Below the pieces are notes generated by a model. That model saw nothing but the letters and a program-made list of their open reading frames with translations. It was not told where the DNA came from and ran no database searches. A stretch of 63,966 nucleotides of DNA, filler included, from Octopus bimaculoides (Eukaryota), in the NCBI RefSeq assembly GCF_001194135.2. It is 6 parts of 5 records of this genome, joined end to end, with 100 filler letters (N's around TTAATTAATTAA, not from the genome) between each part and the next. Parts side by side here need not be neighbours in the genome. Positions count along the whole stretch, not along the records: positions 35,064 to 53,870 come from NW_026319105.1; positions 53,971 to 57,538 come from NC_068982.1; positions 57,639 to 61,430 come from NC_069000.1; positions 61,531 to 63,966 come from NW_026394037.1; 2 more parts are not named here. One strand, written 5' to 3'. Each line of letters begins with the position of its first letter. Position 1 is the stretch's first letter. Below are positions 50,004-62,954 of this stretch, in pieces. Position numbers and translations under genes: made by a program.

Positions 50004-50217
50004 TATATATACACATATATACACATACACACACATATATATGCATACACTTACATACATACATACATATATGTATATATATACACACACACACATATGC
50101 ATATACTTACATACATATATGTATATATATATACATATATATATACACATACATATATGTATACACTTACATACATATATATATATATATATATACACAT
50201 ACATATATGTATACACT

Positions 50218-50259
<42 letters not shown>

Positions 50260-50269
50260 NNNNNNNNNN

Positions 50270-51440
50270 GGTGTATTTTACACACCACCTGCGCAGGAGC
50301 CAGTCCAGCGGCACTGGCAACGATCTCGCTCGAATGTCTTTACAAGTGCCAGGAAGGCGACGCTGGGCACAGGTGCCGTCACAATTTTGCTTTCGCTTGC
50401 CCTAACAGGTCTTCACAAGCCAAGTTTCGTGTCCTGCATAGGAGCCAGTCCAGCGGCACTGGCAACGATCTCAATCAAATGTTTCACTGCCATGAAGCAT
50501 GGCCGTTCATACACATGCGTCATACAGTCTGCCTTTTACTCTGAGAGAGAGACCCTTTGTCACCAGCAGAGGTAAGAGCTCTCTGAACTTTGCCCAGGCT
50601 ATTCTTATTCTAGCAGCTACACTTTCAGCGCACCTTCCCCCACTACTAACTTGGTCACCTAGATAGCGGAAGCTATCAACTACGTCTAGTTTTTCTCCCT
50701 GGAATGTGGCAGAAGTTGTTTTCTGCACATTTACAGTGTTTATAGCTCCTGAACATCTGCTACATACAAAAACTAACTTCCTGGCTAACCTTCTTTTGAT
50801 ATTGCTGCACCTCTTATGTGTTCATAGCTTGCAATGGGTGCATCTTATAGAGTTTCTAACTTTGGTTTTAGCTAGGTTGACTCTAAGGCCCTTCGATTCT
50901 AGTCCTTGCTTCCACACCTGAAACGTATCCTCTAGTTCTGATAGTGACTCAGCAATTAGTGCAAGGTCATCAGTATAGAGGAGCTCCCAGGGGCATCCTG
51001 TCTTGAATTCTTCTGTTATCGCCTGGAGGACTATGATAAATAGGAGGGGGCTGAGGACAGAACCTTAGTGGACCCCTACCCGGAATTCTTCACTGTACTC
51101 ATTTCCAACCCTCATCTTACTGACAGCGTCTCTGTACATGGCTCACACAGCTCTCACTAACCATTCTTCTATCCCTAGTTTCCTCATTGACCACCAGATG
51201 AGGGATCGGGGGACCCTGTCAAAGGCTTTTTCCATGTCAACGAAGGCCAGGTACAGAGGTTTATCCTTGGCTAGGTGTTTCTCCTGAAGCTGTGTTACCA
51301 GAAATATAGCATCAGTGGTGCTTTTCCCAGGCACGAAACCCAAACTGCATCTCATCTAAACTGACTCGCTCCCTAATTAGTTGGGCTATGACCATCTCCG
51401 TGACTTTCATTACCTGATCTAACAACTTGATACCTCTGTN
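50270..51440 (-). mobile_element. RTE-clade LINE RT fragment, copy 1
   Basis: GFVPGKSTTDAIF...LAFVDMEKAFDRVP, LLYTDDL, FRYLGDQV...RIAWAKFRELLPLL. Confidence 0.95.
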
Positions 51441-51693
51441 NNNNNNNNNNNNNNNNNNNNNNNNNNNNNNNNNNNNNNNNNNNNNNNNNNNNNNNNNNNN
51501 NNNNNNNNNNNNNNNNNNNNNNNNNNNNNNNNNNNNNNNNNNNNNNNNNNNNNNNNNNNNNNNNNNNNNNNNNNNNNNNNNNNNNNNNNNNNNNNNNNNN
51601 NNNNNNNNNNNNNNNNNNNNNNNNNNNNNNNNNNNNNNNNNNNNNNNNNNNNNNNNNNNNNNNNNNNNNNNNNNNNNNNNNNNNNNNNNNNNN

Positions 51694-52611
51694 NCCCTTC
51701 ATACCCAAGTTTAGTGTCCAATGAAGGAGACATTGGCATGGGGGCCAGTCGTAGAATTTAGTTCGATTTCGATTTCACTTGCCTCAACAGGTCTTCGTTT
51801 AGTGTCCAATGAAGGAAAAGTACGCATAAGTGGGCTGGCTACATCCCTGGCAGAAGTCATGGATTTTGGTCTCACTTGACTTGCCGGGTCTTCTCACGCA
51901 CAGCATATTTCCAAAGGTCTCGGTCACAAGTCATTGCCTCGGTAAGGCCTAATGTTCAGAGGTCGTGCTTCACCACCTCATCCTAGGTCTTACTGGCCCT
52001 GCCTCTTCCACAGGTTCCCTCAACCGCTAGGGTGTGGCACTTTTTCACAGCTATCCTCGTCCATTCTCGCCACATGACCATACCAGCGCAATCGTCTCTC
52101 TTGCACACCACAACTGATGCTTCTTAGGTTCAATTTTTCTCTCAAGGTACTTACACTCTGTCTAGTATGCACACCGACATTACACATCCATCGGAGCATA
52201 CTGACTTCATTCCTTGCGAGCCTACGCATGTCCTCAGCAGTAACAGCCCATGTTTCACTGCCATGAAGCATGGCTGTTCGTACAAATGCATCATACAGTC
52301 TGCCTTTTACTCTGAGTGAGAGGCCCCTTGTAGCCAGCAGAGGTAAGAGCTCTCTGAACTTTGCCCAGGCTATTCTTATTCTAGCAGTTACACTTCAGCG
52401 CACCCTCCCCCACTACTAACTTGGTCACCCAGATATCGGAAGCTATCAACTATGTCCAGTTTTTCTCCCTGGTATGTGGCCAAAGTTCTTTTCTGCACAT
52501 TTTCAGTGTTTATCGCACCTGAACATCTGCTACATACAAAAACTAACTTCCTAGTTAACCTTCCTTTGATATTGCTGCACCTATTGTGTCCATAGCTTGC
52601 ACTGGGTACAT
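51694..52611 (-). mobile_element. RTE-clade LINE C-terminus and 3' UTR, copy 2
   Basis: MLHGSETWAV...RRLRWYGHV; 52250-52611 is paralogous to 50480-50840. Confidence 0.95.
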
Positions 52612-53089
52612 NNNNNNNNNNNNNNNNNNNNNNNNNNNNNNNNNNNNNNNNNNNNNNNNNNNNNNNNNNNNNNNNNNNNNNNNNNNNNNNNNNNNNNNNN
52701 NNNNNNNNNNNNNNNNNNNNNNNNNNNNNNNNNNNNNNNNNNNNNNNNNNNNNNNNNNNNNNNNNNNNNNNNNNNNNNNNNNNNNNNNNNNNNNNNNNNN
52801 NNNNNNNNNNNNNNNNNNNNNNNNNNNNNNNNNNNNNNNNNNNNNNNNNNNNNNNNNNNNNNNNNNNNNNNNNNNNNNNNNNNNNNNNNNNNNNNNNNNN
52901 NNNNNNNNNNNNNNNNNNNNNNNNNNNNNNNNNNNNNNNNNNNNNNNNNNNNNNNNNNNNNNNNNNNNNNNNNNNNNNNNNNNNNNNNNNNNNNNNNNNN
53001 NNNNNNNNNNNNNNNNNNNNNNNNNNNNNNNNNNNNNNNNNNNNNNNNNNNNNNNNNNNNNNNNNNNNNNNNNNNNNNNNNNNNNNNNA

Positions 53090-53870
53090 AATGTGGGGCT
53101 GGGAATTGGTCAGTGCTGGTGTGTGTGTGGTGGTGTGTTGTGATGTGATGTGTGGAATGGTGTGGTGTGGTGGTGTTGGGAGGTGGGGAGGAGAGATTGG
53201 GGAAAGCAAGGGTGGGTGTAGAGGTGGGTATGTGAGTAACCTGGGGGGGCTATGTGGGAGTGTGTGTAAGGGATGGGGTGGAGTGGGATGAATAGGGAAG
53301 GTGGGGTTGGAATGTGTAGGGATGGAGTGGGCTTACAAGGGAGGGTTGACGATGAAGGGGAAGGAGAAAGTGTGTAGGAGTGAAGAGAAAAAGAGTAAGA
53401 GTAAAGAGAAATAGGAGTTGGAGCAAGAGGAGAGGTGGGTGGGAAGGAGGAAGTAGGTGTGAGGGGAGAGACAAGGGGAGGAGGTTAGATGAAGAGGAGT
53501 GGAGAGTTGAGCCCATGTGGCACAATGGAGCAAAGAGAGAAGATTAATCCCTGTTCACAGTGCAAACAGGAATCTCGGATGGCCACTGTACAAGGACAAT
53601 CCGAACACGGACAGGTGTTGCAGAGTGACTGGTAGAGCGGAAATGGCATGAGACCAGGGTGTCATTGCTGAGTCAGATGTCTCAGAGGTGTTCCATGAAC
53701 CAGTCAGCCAAGCGGCGACCCTTTTGCGTGATGTATAGAGAAGGGCAGAGAGAGCAGGAGATGCAGTAGTTGAGATTGGTAGAAGTGCAGGTGAAGAAGT
53801 CGGCGATGCAATAGGGTAGATGATGGGTGCTGGTGAGGAGGGTGGTGTTGAAGAGGTAAGGGCAAGTGCG
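53090..53870 (-). mobile_element. Penelope-like element, GIY-YIG domain and 3' tail; same family as 35280-37270
   Basis: RTCPY...FFTCTSTNLNYCISCSLCPSLYITQKGRRLADWFMEHL; nucleotide match to 36610-36730. Confidence 0.88.
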
Positions 53871-53970
53871 NNNNNNNNNNNNNNNNNNNNNNNNNNNNNN
53901 NNNNNNNNNNNNNNTTAATTAATTAANNNNNNNNNNNNNNNNNNNNNNNNNNNNNNNNNNNNNNNNNNNN

Positions 53971-54070
<100 letters not shown>

Positions 54071-55059
54071 CACATACATATATATATCCATGTGTCTATG
54101 TATATATACATACATATACGAATGTATAAATGAATTGCTAAACGAATTAAAATGGCTGCCGTGATATACTCTTTCTACTAAGACAACGTTTTGTATATAA
54201 CTTGTTTATATATAAATGTATGTCTATATGCGCTTATATGCGTTTATGACTGTCTACACTTGTGAGTGTATGAATACTTGTATGGCCGCCAGTTATTTAA
54301 TGTTACTGTATGCGTATGTATTGTGTTTAACAATTAGTGTTCGCAAGGGAACTCTGTTCATCAGAATATTCATTGTACGATTTCCAAGTACGCTTGGGTG
54401 TAGGAGAGGGAGATAGAGAGAAAGAGGAAAAAACAGACAGACAGACAAAGATTGAGAGTGTTTCTTTGTTTTATTTTCTTTTTAGTACTTATATATTTTT
54501 GCTTGGTTATTTTTTGGCTCAGTCTTGCAATTAATTATTTTGTATATATTTTAATTTTTGTTTTTGAAAATAGGATAATATATATATACGGATGGACATT
54601 ATCAATGTGATACATTGATAATCAATGTATCACATACATATGTGATAACTCTCACATACACACACATACATATAAATGCATACACACCTACGTATGTGTG
54701 TATGATAGAAGCACAAGTAGCAAAAAGTATGTGTGCGTGTGTGTGTGTATATATATATATATACACAGATATTTTTAGATGTGTACATATCTATATATGT
54801 GTGCGTATATGATGATCTTGGCTGTCCACTCATAAGCGAGGAAGGAGATTACTGACCTTTTGCCATGCAAAAATTCTGCAATGTCCGTGCATGAGGTAAT
54901 TGCAACTGTGGTCTACTTCAGCCGGGTTCGCGCCCCCCGCTTTCCATGTTTGATGCGGTGCCATCGTACTCGACCGGAGAATCGCCTCGCCGGTGATTGC
55001 ACAACCTACAATTTTCGATTTAACAAGGCATGCACAAAATGTGTATCTTTTATCTTTTA

Positions 55060-55263
55060 TCCGTCATTTGTTTCCCTCATTGACTGCGGCCATGCTGGAG
55101 AAGTTTTAGCAAAATGAATCGACCATGGTACTTTTTGTTTAAGGCTGGTATTTCTTGTATCGGATCATTCTGACGAACGGCTAAGTTACGGGGGTGTAAA
55201 CAAATCAACACCTGTTGTCAAGCGGTGGTGGCGTATAAGCACAGACACAAAGACACACACACT

Positions 55264-55314
<51 letters not shown>

Positions 55315-55320
55315 ACATGT
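55060..55320 (-). mobile_element. SINE family A 3' half
   Basis: cattgactgcggccatgctggag...acggctaagttacgggggtgtaaac. Confidence 0.85.
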
Positions 55321-55324
55321 GAGT

Positions 55325-56595
55325 TAAATAGCGAGTTAAATAGCTACTTGGTGTTTATAAGAATGGGGAAGTTAAAGCTAAATTTAATTCATCTATATCT
55401 TAAAGTAAATTTTGTTAACAGTTACTAAAATTCATTCCCACTGCATTATGCGAAAACACATTTATATGCATGTAGGTATCTTGAGCGTCTTTCAGAAATT
55501 CTATTAATGATCTCATTGGTCCACAGAATAGACAGGGATTCTTCGGAGCAGAGTCAGTATCTCCTGAAAATGATATTGTCTGATTTTGCGTGCATTTCGA
55601 TAGACCAACTTATGTTGTACTTAATTTTCTTTTCTTTCAGTCGTCATACAAAATCGGCCAAACATGTTGAATGTCTCTTATTGATTCTCTTGAAGCTGGT
55701 GACATGATTGTGATAACGATTCTTAAGTGAATCAGTCGTCTGCTCAATGAATCAGTCGTCTCCCCTTGTATGCACGGTACACTTATATACATGATTTGTA
55801 TTCATACAGAGGTTCATCAATAGGCATCTTGATTTTTCTCTGCACGAGCATTTATCATATTTATTTGAATATATGACAGGACCGACTTCATTTTCCGACG
55901 TTGCTACTATGTTAGCTATATCATAAGCATTTCGACTATAACAATTTGGCCGTACTTGGTGCTTTTAATTGCGGTTTACATCTTCTTTGTTGGCATTTAG
56001 TTGTCGCTAGATCCATTAGGTGGATTATTGAACTGTTGTCGAGTTTTACTATTGTTAATTCAGTGCATAAGCTGCTTTAATTAAGCAGAGTTAGCTTAGG
56101 ATACCTTCACGGTGTGCTGATTAAAAATAGTATGATATCGATTAGATTTAGGAAAACATTTGTCCAAAGCGGCAAAAAAATATCCAGCGATCTTGGTTGA
56201 AACATACGAACCGAAAACTGGGTCGAACCAGAGGACATCCTGATTCCTATATCTGTTTTTAGACTTATTTGATCGAGTGTGTTGTACTAGATTGGAACGC
56301 TTTACAGTGTTACGAGCAGTTGGATTATTATGTCACGTGTGTCGATGAGTTTTTGTTGGTAGTTCATTGTCTTGATCAATTCTTGCTGGCCAGTATTCTT
56401 AACTAATTCCCGTATTTTCGTGAGTGGATGGTTGGATGCTACATTTATGTACTTAACGTAACCATTTGGCTTATGAAATGGTTCAAATAATCCAGTATCA
56501 TAATAGAAGGAAGCGTCAAGAAAATTTGCTCCAGGATAATCCTTTCCCATAGTAATGTTTAATCCTATATTTATATATATATCTTCTTTTATTAT
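55325..56595 (-). mobile_element. Penelope-like element (second family): RT thumb, linker, GIY-YIG and 3' UTR
   Basis: GLNIT...NFLDASF...EPFHKPN...YINVASNHP; VLWFDPVF...CFPKSNRYHTIFNQHTVKVSY; KCSCREKSRC...VYKCTV. Confidence 0.9.
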
Positions 56596-56797
56596 TTTAC
56601 TTATTTCAGTCATTTGATTGCGGCCATGTTGGAGCAGCGCCTTTAGTGAAGCAAATCAACCACAGGACTTATTCTTTGTAAGCCTAGTACTTATTCTATC
56701 GTCCACTTTTGCCGAATCACTAAGTTATGGGGACGTAAACACACCAGCATCGGTTGTCAAACGATGTTGGGGTGCCAAACATAGACACACAAACACA

Positions 56798-56842
<45 letters not shown>

Positions 56843-56880
56843 ATGCGACGGGCTTCTTTCAGTTTCCGTCTACCAAATAC
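56596..56880 (-). mobile_element. SINE family A 3' half
   Basis: Match to the other family A copies. Confidence 0.88.
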
Positions 56881-57120
56881 TAAAATACATATGTCTACTA
56901 ATATACATATGCATGTATTTTAGTTCGTTCGTCATTGTGGACGATGACCAAGGAGAAGCCGGCGCGCTATGTATCCAGCTGTGGCCGATGCGTGCTTGGA
57001 AGGCTCTGCAACTGGTATGGCACTGGTAGCACTGACAACGAGGTGTTGGCTCTGGACTTATGCCCGTCGCGTTTTCTTTGTGCTCCCTGCAATCCTGTTC
57101 TATTTGTAGGAAGTGGCACC
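56880..57120 (-). mobile_element. RTE LINE extreme 3' end
   Basis: KRDGHKSRANTSLSVLPVPYQ / CRAFQARIG...SSSTMTNE, resembling the RTE C-terminal zinc-finger tail. Confidence 0.7.
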
Positions 57121-57243
57121 TCTGTTGATGTGTGTGCGTGCGCGCGCGTGTGTGTATGTGTGTGTGTATGAATGTATTTACGTGTTTGTAAACGGCTTTG
57201 GAGAATCATTGATACATATATTATTATTATTATTATTATTATT

Positions 57244-57538
57244 TTATGTTTGACTTTTGTTTTGCATTTGTACAAGTTGGATCCAAGTCTCACCCAGAGA
57301 CCTCAAGAGACAACAAGTTAGAAGTTCATGTAGGTGTTATGCCTAGGGTACCATATATTTGGATTTGTACAGTTTTGTTCAAGTGAATGTTTAAGAAACC
57401 ATAAGAAAATTATGTGTTTGCTTTAAAATTTGAGATCACATTGACAGTATTTTACGTAGGATATGGGCAGTTCCCATGAGCACTATCTTTTGAACTTCAG
57501 CCATTTTGGGGTTTCCTGGAATCTGATCTAGGTAGTAA
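57244..57538 (-). mobile_element. Third R4/Dong-like 3' end abutting (ATT)n
   Basis: YLDQIPGNPKMAEVQKIVLMGTAHILRKILSM* then 3' UTR running into (ATT)n at about 57220-57243. Confidence 0.9.
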
Positions 57539-57638
57539 NNNNNNNNNNNNNNNNNNNNNNNNNNNNNNNNNNNNNNNNNNNNTTAATTAATTAANNNNNN
57601 NNNNNNNNNNNNNNNNNNNNNNNNNNNNNNNNNNNNNN

Positions 57639-57707
<69 letters not shown>

Positions 57708-58034
57708 GTGTGTGTGTGCATGTATGTATATGTGTGTGTATGTATGTGTGTATTATGTGTGTATGGACGTATGGTATTTAAGGGAAACATATTTATTAAA
57801 AACTTTCAATGTGCTCCACGTCAGTTTCATTAAGACGAACATCATTACATGTACAATTTCATAATTATGCTGCATAATTAATTTATTTGAATAAAATGAA
57901 TGATCATTAATAGAAATCCATTAACTATGTGTCAAAATATGTATTATATATTTAATGGTGTTTGTTTCAATGCAACCGCTGTTGAGGACGATTAAAATAC
58001 GAATATGATGTTAGAATATAAATATGTTTGTGCA

Positions 58035-58067
<33 letters not shown>

Positions 58068-58164
58068 TTGTGTGCGAATATGTGTGTGCATACGTGTGTG
58101 TTTATATTCCTAATTATTTTTACATGTAAACTATAAACTATGTGATATTTATGCATTTCTAATG

Positions 58165-58221
<57 letters not shown>

Positions 58222-58499
58222 GTGTGTGTGGACGTGTGCTCCTGTACGATTTTATGTAGATTGTGCGCTCGTACTGTGCGTCTGATATGCTCCGGCATTG
58301 ATGTTTATGTACTCAATATGTTGGTCTTCATGTGTTTCAAATTAATTGGTAATATAAAAACCTTTGGCCTAATATCCTCGACTTAAACAATGTACACGCT
58401 TTCTTACAATTCCTTTTAAGTGGGCGATTGATTTGGTTGCATGCAATATGAAGGTTGTTGAAGAATGCAATTTCATAACAGATTTAGCAAAATGACATG

Positions 58500-59080
58500 C
58501 ATCATTTGCAGTTTGATTCACTTAAAGCTGACAACATTATTACGATAACGATTCTTAAATGAATCAGCCGTCTGCCAGTGTAAACATATTGCCCACCCCT
58601 TCTGTGCACGGTACATTTATATACAAGATTTTCACTCATATAGAGGTACATCAGAGGGCATTTTGACTTTTCTCTGCATGAGCATTTATCGTATTTATTT
58701 GTATATATGGTAGTTTTGACTTCCTTTCCCGACTTTCAACATCTTTGGCCGATTTTGTACGGCCACTGAAGAGGATAGAATTATGTTCAACATTACTTGA
58801 TTCATAGTAAGGCACGTGGAGCCATACAATATCACTTCCAGGGGATGTTGACTCTGATTCGAGGAATTCCTGTCTATTCTATGAACCAATGAAGAGATCA
58901 TTAATAGAATTTCTGAGAGACTCTCAAGATGCCTACACGCATATAAATATACTTTCGTACAATGCAGTGAGAATGAATCTGAGTAACTGTTAACATGATT
59001 TACTTTAAGGTATGGATGAATTAATTTTGGTTTTTAACCTCCTCATTCTTATAAACACCAAGTAGCTATTTATCTCGTTT
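58500..59080. mobile_element. Penelope-like copy with internal inversion (58500-58700 minus; 58730-59080 plus)
   Basis: Minus: KCSCREKSKCPL...NLVYKCTVHRRGGQYVYTG. Plus: FNIT*FIVRHVEPYNITSRGC*L*FEEFLSIL...INRISERLSRCLHAYKY. Both parts are homologous to the colinear copy at 55325-55870. Confidence 0.88.
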
Positions 59081-59609
59081 TGTGATCTTGAGTGCACCAA
59101 ACTACGTGTGCGTAGGCTTACATTTTTGTGGATGCTTGTATGAGCGAGTGTACACGCGCTATGCAGCTTGCACCAGGGCGTTTATACATCCATATTTGTT
59201 AACGGTTATTTCTAATACATTTCTCGCTGTATTGTGTTCGTCTCTTTTTGGTATCTGTTATTTTATTTTTGTTCTTCTATGTAATTGAAGATGTTTCCTT
59301 CGTTTGCCCCTTTTCTCTCTACGAAATGAGAAAATACATTGCGGATCTGTTATTTTAACGAGTTGTGTCCATTTTATCACCCGATGAGACGTATCTGCAC
59401 CACAGTATACTCCTAAATCAGTTGTTAAGTGCCCCACCCGTAAGGGATCGATGCTAGGTGTGTCGAAACAATTGTGATTAATAATAAATTCTTTGTATAT
59501 TCCATCTTCTCTCTTTCATTTAGAGTATACATAACGAACACTGTAATAGTGATCGTGCTTCACCAGTAAAACTCCTAGGGGTAAATCTTTCGTTTTAGGA
59601 TCTTTGAGG

Positions 59610-59645
<36 letters not shown>

Positions 59646-60436
59646 TATATCTTACTCTAAATGAAATAAAAGTTGCGTGCTGTTCCATTAATTAATAAGT
59701 TAAAAATCGTACTGTAAATGCACAGACGAACAGGATACAGACACAGAAGGTCTCGGCCCTCTGATCGATAACTGATGAGGAGTTGGGGAGCGTCTATGTT
59801 GGCTCGCCTTTCGTCTGTGCATTTAGTATATGTTCTATCAAATAGTCACTATTTGTCTGTTTTCCGTTCGTTTGTGCATTTCCTATATTTTTTTAACTTA
59901 TATATATATGAGAGCCCGCACGCATACACACATATGTTAGAGTGAAAGGGAAGACAAAAATGGCAAGATAATAGAAGTGGGTGTAAGTAATACAAATTTT
60001 GGTATGTTATTAAGCAGTAACTGGATATTCAACTTTGCCACTTATTAGCTATTTTGGTGAAGTTATTGATTTTTTCCTGTCTGGTAGCGAAATCGATGTT
60101 TTGCGCACGTTTTGTTGTGTAATTTACCTGAGGTCCTGGAAATGGTTCTGTCGGGTTCTAGACAAGACAAATTATTAAAGTGAGTGTATCACGTATATAG
60201 GGTGCACCAAGTGTTGAGAAACAAGTTAACCTTTTTCATCAGCTATATGACAAATGCCGATACGATAGTCAAAACACACGTACATATACAACAATGCGCT
60301 CAAAGGCGCATGCGCTGAAACACACACACGCATGCCCACAAATATTTTAGGCTCCAGATCCATCAATAGTCTTCGATTTTTCTATCCCAAATGGTTTTCA
60401 ACTCAATAGTTACATGCTATTATTTACAACTTAACA

Positions 60437-60830
60437 TGGCGCAGGAGTGGCTATGTGGTAAGTAGCTTACTTACCAACCATATGGTTCCGGGTTCAGTCC
60501 CACTGCGTGGCACTTTGGGAATGTGTCTTCTACTACAGCCTCGGGCCGACCAAAGCCTTGTGAGTGGATTTGGTAGACGGAAACTGAAAGAAGCCCGTCG
60601 TATATATGTATATATATATGTATGTGTGTGTATATCTTTGTCCCCCCACCATCGCTTGACAACCGATGCTGGTGTGTTTACGTCCCCGTAACTTAGCGGT
60701 TTGGCAAAAAGTGACCGATAGAATAAGTACTAGGCTTACAAAGAATAAGTCATGGGGTCGATTTGCTAGACTAAAGGCGGTGCTCCGGCATGGCCGCAGT
60801 CAAATGACTGAAACAAGTAAATGAGTAAAA
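60437..60830 (+). mobile_element. Full-length SINE family A (best copy in the window)
   Basis: ggcgcaggagtggctatgtggtaag...ggttcagtccc, central (TA)n/(TG)n, tail gactgaaacaagtaaa. Confidence 0.95.
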
Positions 60831-60944
60831 GTGTGCTGTGAGATATACTATTCCAAAACAGGAATCCTTTCACGTTGTATCATTTCGAAAGTATATGAAA
60901 TTCTTATGACATCAACAAACATACTTTTATTGAAGTAAGTCGAA

Positions 60945-61140
60945 AGGCATCGAGCTGGCAGAATCGTTAGCATGCCGGACAAAATGCTTAGCGGCATTTC
61001 ATCCGTCTTTACATTCAAAGTTCAAATATCAAACGAGGTTGACTTCGCTTTCATCCTTTAAGATTTGATAAAATAAGTACCAATTGAGCACAGTGGTCAA
61101 TGAATCCGACTAGCGTCCTACTTGAAAATTTCAGGCTTTT
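60945..61140 (+). mobile_element. SINE family B
   Basis: aaggcatcgagctggcagaatcgttagcatgccggacaaaatgcttagcgg. Confidence 0.85.
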
Positions 61141-61530
61141 ACGTATAACATGCTTAACATCGACTTATTGTAGTATAGGTCAAATCTCTTGTGTTATTTT
61201 TCTTCTTGTTTTCTTCTTTACCAACATCACTTCTTTAAAATTTATCTGCTCAAAAGACAACTGATAAACGGTCTTGTTCCCAGCTTGATAAATGACGTAA
61301 TCAATTATTGTTTTGACCAGGAAACACTTGGAAACTGTATTTAACAAGAATTGTTTTTTTTTATTATAACCTTATACTTACTAACTTAGCGGATCAAGTG
61401 CTTTTCTACTTGTTGAAGAATTACTACATTNNNNNNNNNNNNNNNNNNNNNNNNNNNNNNNNNNNNNNNNNNNNTTAATTAATTAANNNNNNNNNNNNNN
61501 NNNNNNNNNNNNNNNNNNNNNNNNNNNNNN

Positions 61531-61845
61531 CGGTTACCAGGATGAAGCGCTTCCAGTTGATTCAGTCAACGGAAACAGCCTGCTCGTGAAACTAACGTGC
61601 AAGTGGCTGAGTACTCCACAGACACGTGTACCCTTAACGTAGTTCTGAGGGAGATTCAGCGTGATACAGAGTCGGACAAGACTGGCCCCTTTGAAACCCA
61701 GATACAACTCATTTTAGCCAGCTGAGTGAACTGGAGCAACGTGAAGTAAAGTGTCTTGCTCAAGGACAATGCACCACTGAGAATTGAACTTATTACCTTG
61801 TGATCGTTAGCCAGATATCCTAACCACTAAGCCATGCACCTTCAC
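61531..61845 (-). mobile_element. tRNA-head SINE: family C head and centre with the tail seen at 22500-22640
   Basis: Head gtgaaggtgcatggcttagtggttagg; centre matches 4075-4120; tail matches 22480-22620. Confidence 0.88.
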
Positions 61846-62159
61846 AAAAATATTCCAGTTGATGTGATCTGTGGATCGGCCTGCTTGCGAAATTAATATG
61901 CAAGTGGCCCTTCACAGACACTTGTGCCCTTAATGTAGTTCTTATATATATATATATATACCGAAGAGAGGGGGAGAGGTGGGAGGGAGATAGAGACAGG
62001 CAGACAGACAATCTGACTGAGAAAGAACGACAGTCAGAGAGAGGTGGACAGAGAGATAAACAGGATAAAAAGGAATTATTTGCGGTGAGAAGGAAATGTT
62101 TTTGTTTTGATGTTTTCTTGTTTTTTGTCGTTGGAGAAGTCAATGACCGCAAAAGTGAG

Positions 62160-62171
62160 TCTGTCAACACA

Positions 62172-62214
<43 letters not shown>

Positions 62215-62444
62215 GGATACATGTACGCGTACGCACGCACATACACGTGCACACATATGCATAAACACACATGCACACACACGTACGCACACACACGTAC
62301 GCACACACACACGTAAGCAATACTCGCACACATAAACATATACACAGAAACATACATACACGGACGCACACAGACACACATACATACACAGACACACATA
62401 CGCATACATACACACACGTTGCCCAATTATATAGCTGGTACATA

Positions 62445-62477
<33 letters not shown>

Positions 62478-62700
62478 ATGTGACTAGTCTTCCATGCACA
62501 CACATCTATATATACACACATACATACAGACGTACAGACATACACACACACATCTGTATATACACACACATACAGACACACGTACACACACAGACGCGCG
62601 CACGTGTTAGAACATATATATACACACACACACAGGTACACGCAGGTACGCACGTATACATACACATAGTCGGAAGTTAGAAGTGAGCGCAGTTTACATG
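62160..62700. repeat. Long compound (CA)/(TA)-derived low-complexity tract
   Basis: Seen directly; accounts for the 295-aa C/V/Y-rich pseudo-ORF. Confidence 0.95.
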
Positions 62701-62954
62701 CGCACACAGCTTAAAAACTAAAATTAAAACTAAATTAAAAGTTACAAGAATAAGCATATTTCAAAACGTAAATGCATTTGTTCATGCATCATGGTCTTCT
62801 GTATAACATGCACAATACGAAGTAGGATAGGGTGGCGTGGAATTTGGGAAGGGTAGAAACGCTCTTATAAGTGGAAAGGCGAATTTGAATGCGGCTCCGG
62901 CTGATGAGACACACAACAAGGTCGAAACACCGTCGTATCTCAAAGTTATATTTG

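Noticed and set aside
54830-55060. CpG-rich patch as a possible exon
   Set aside because: No clean splice-bounded open frame; weak resemblance to a LINE C-terminal CCHC region (CPL...H...QCP...LW) suggests a retroelement relic.
61820-62707. 295-aa ORF and the many HT/CV/YI-rich ORFs
   Set aside because: Translations of (CA)n/(TA)n microsatellites, which lack stop codons.
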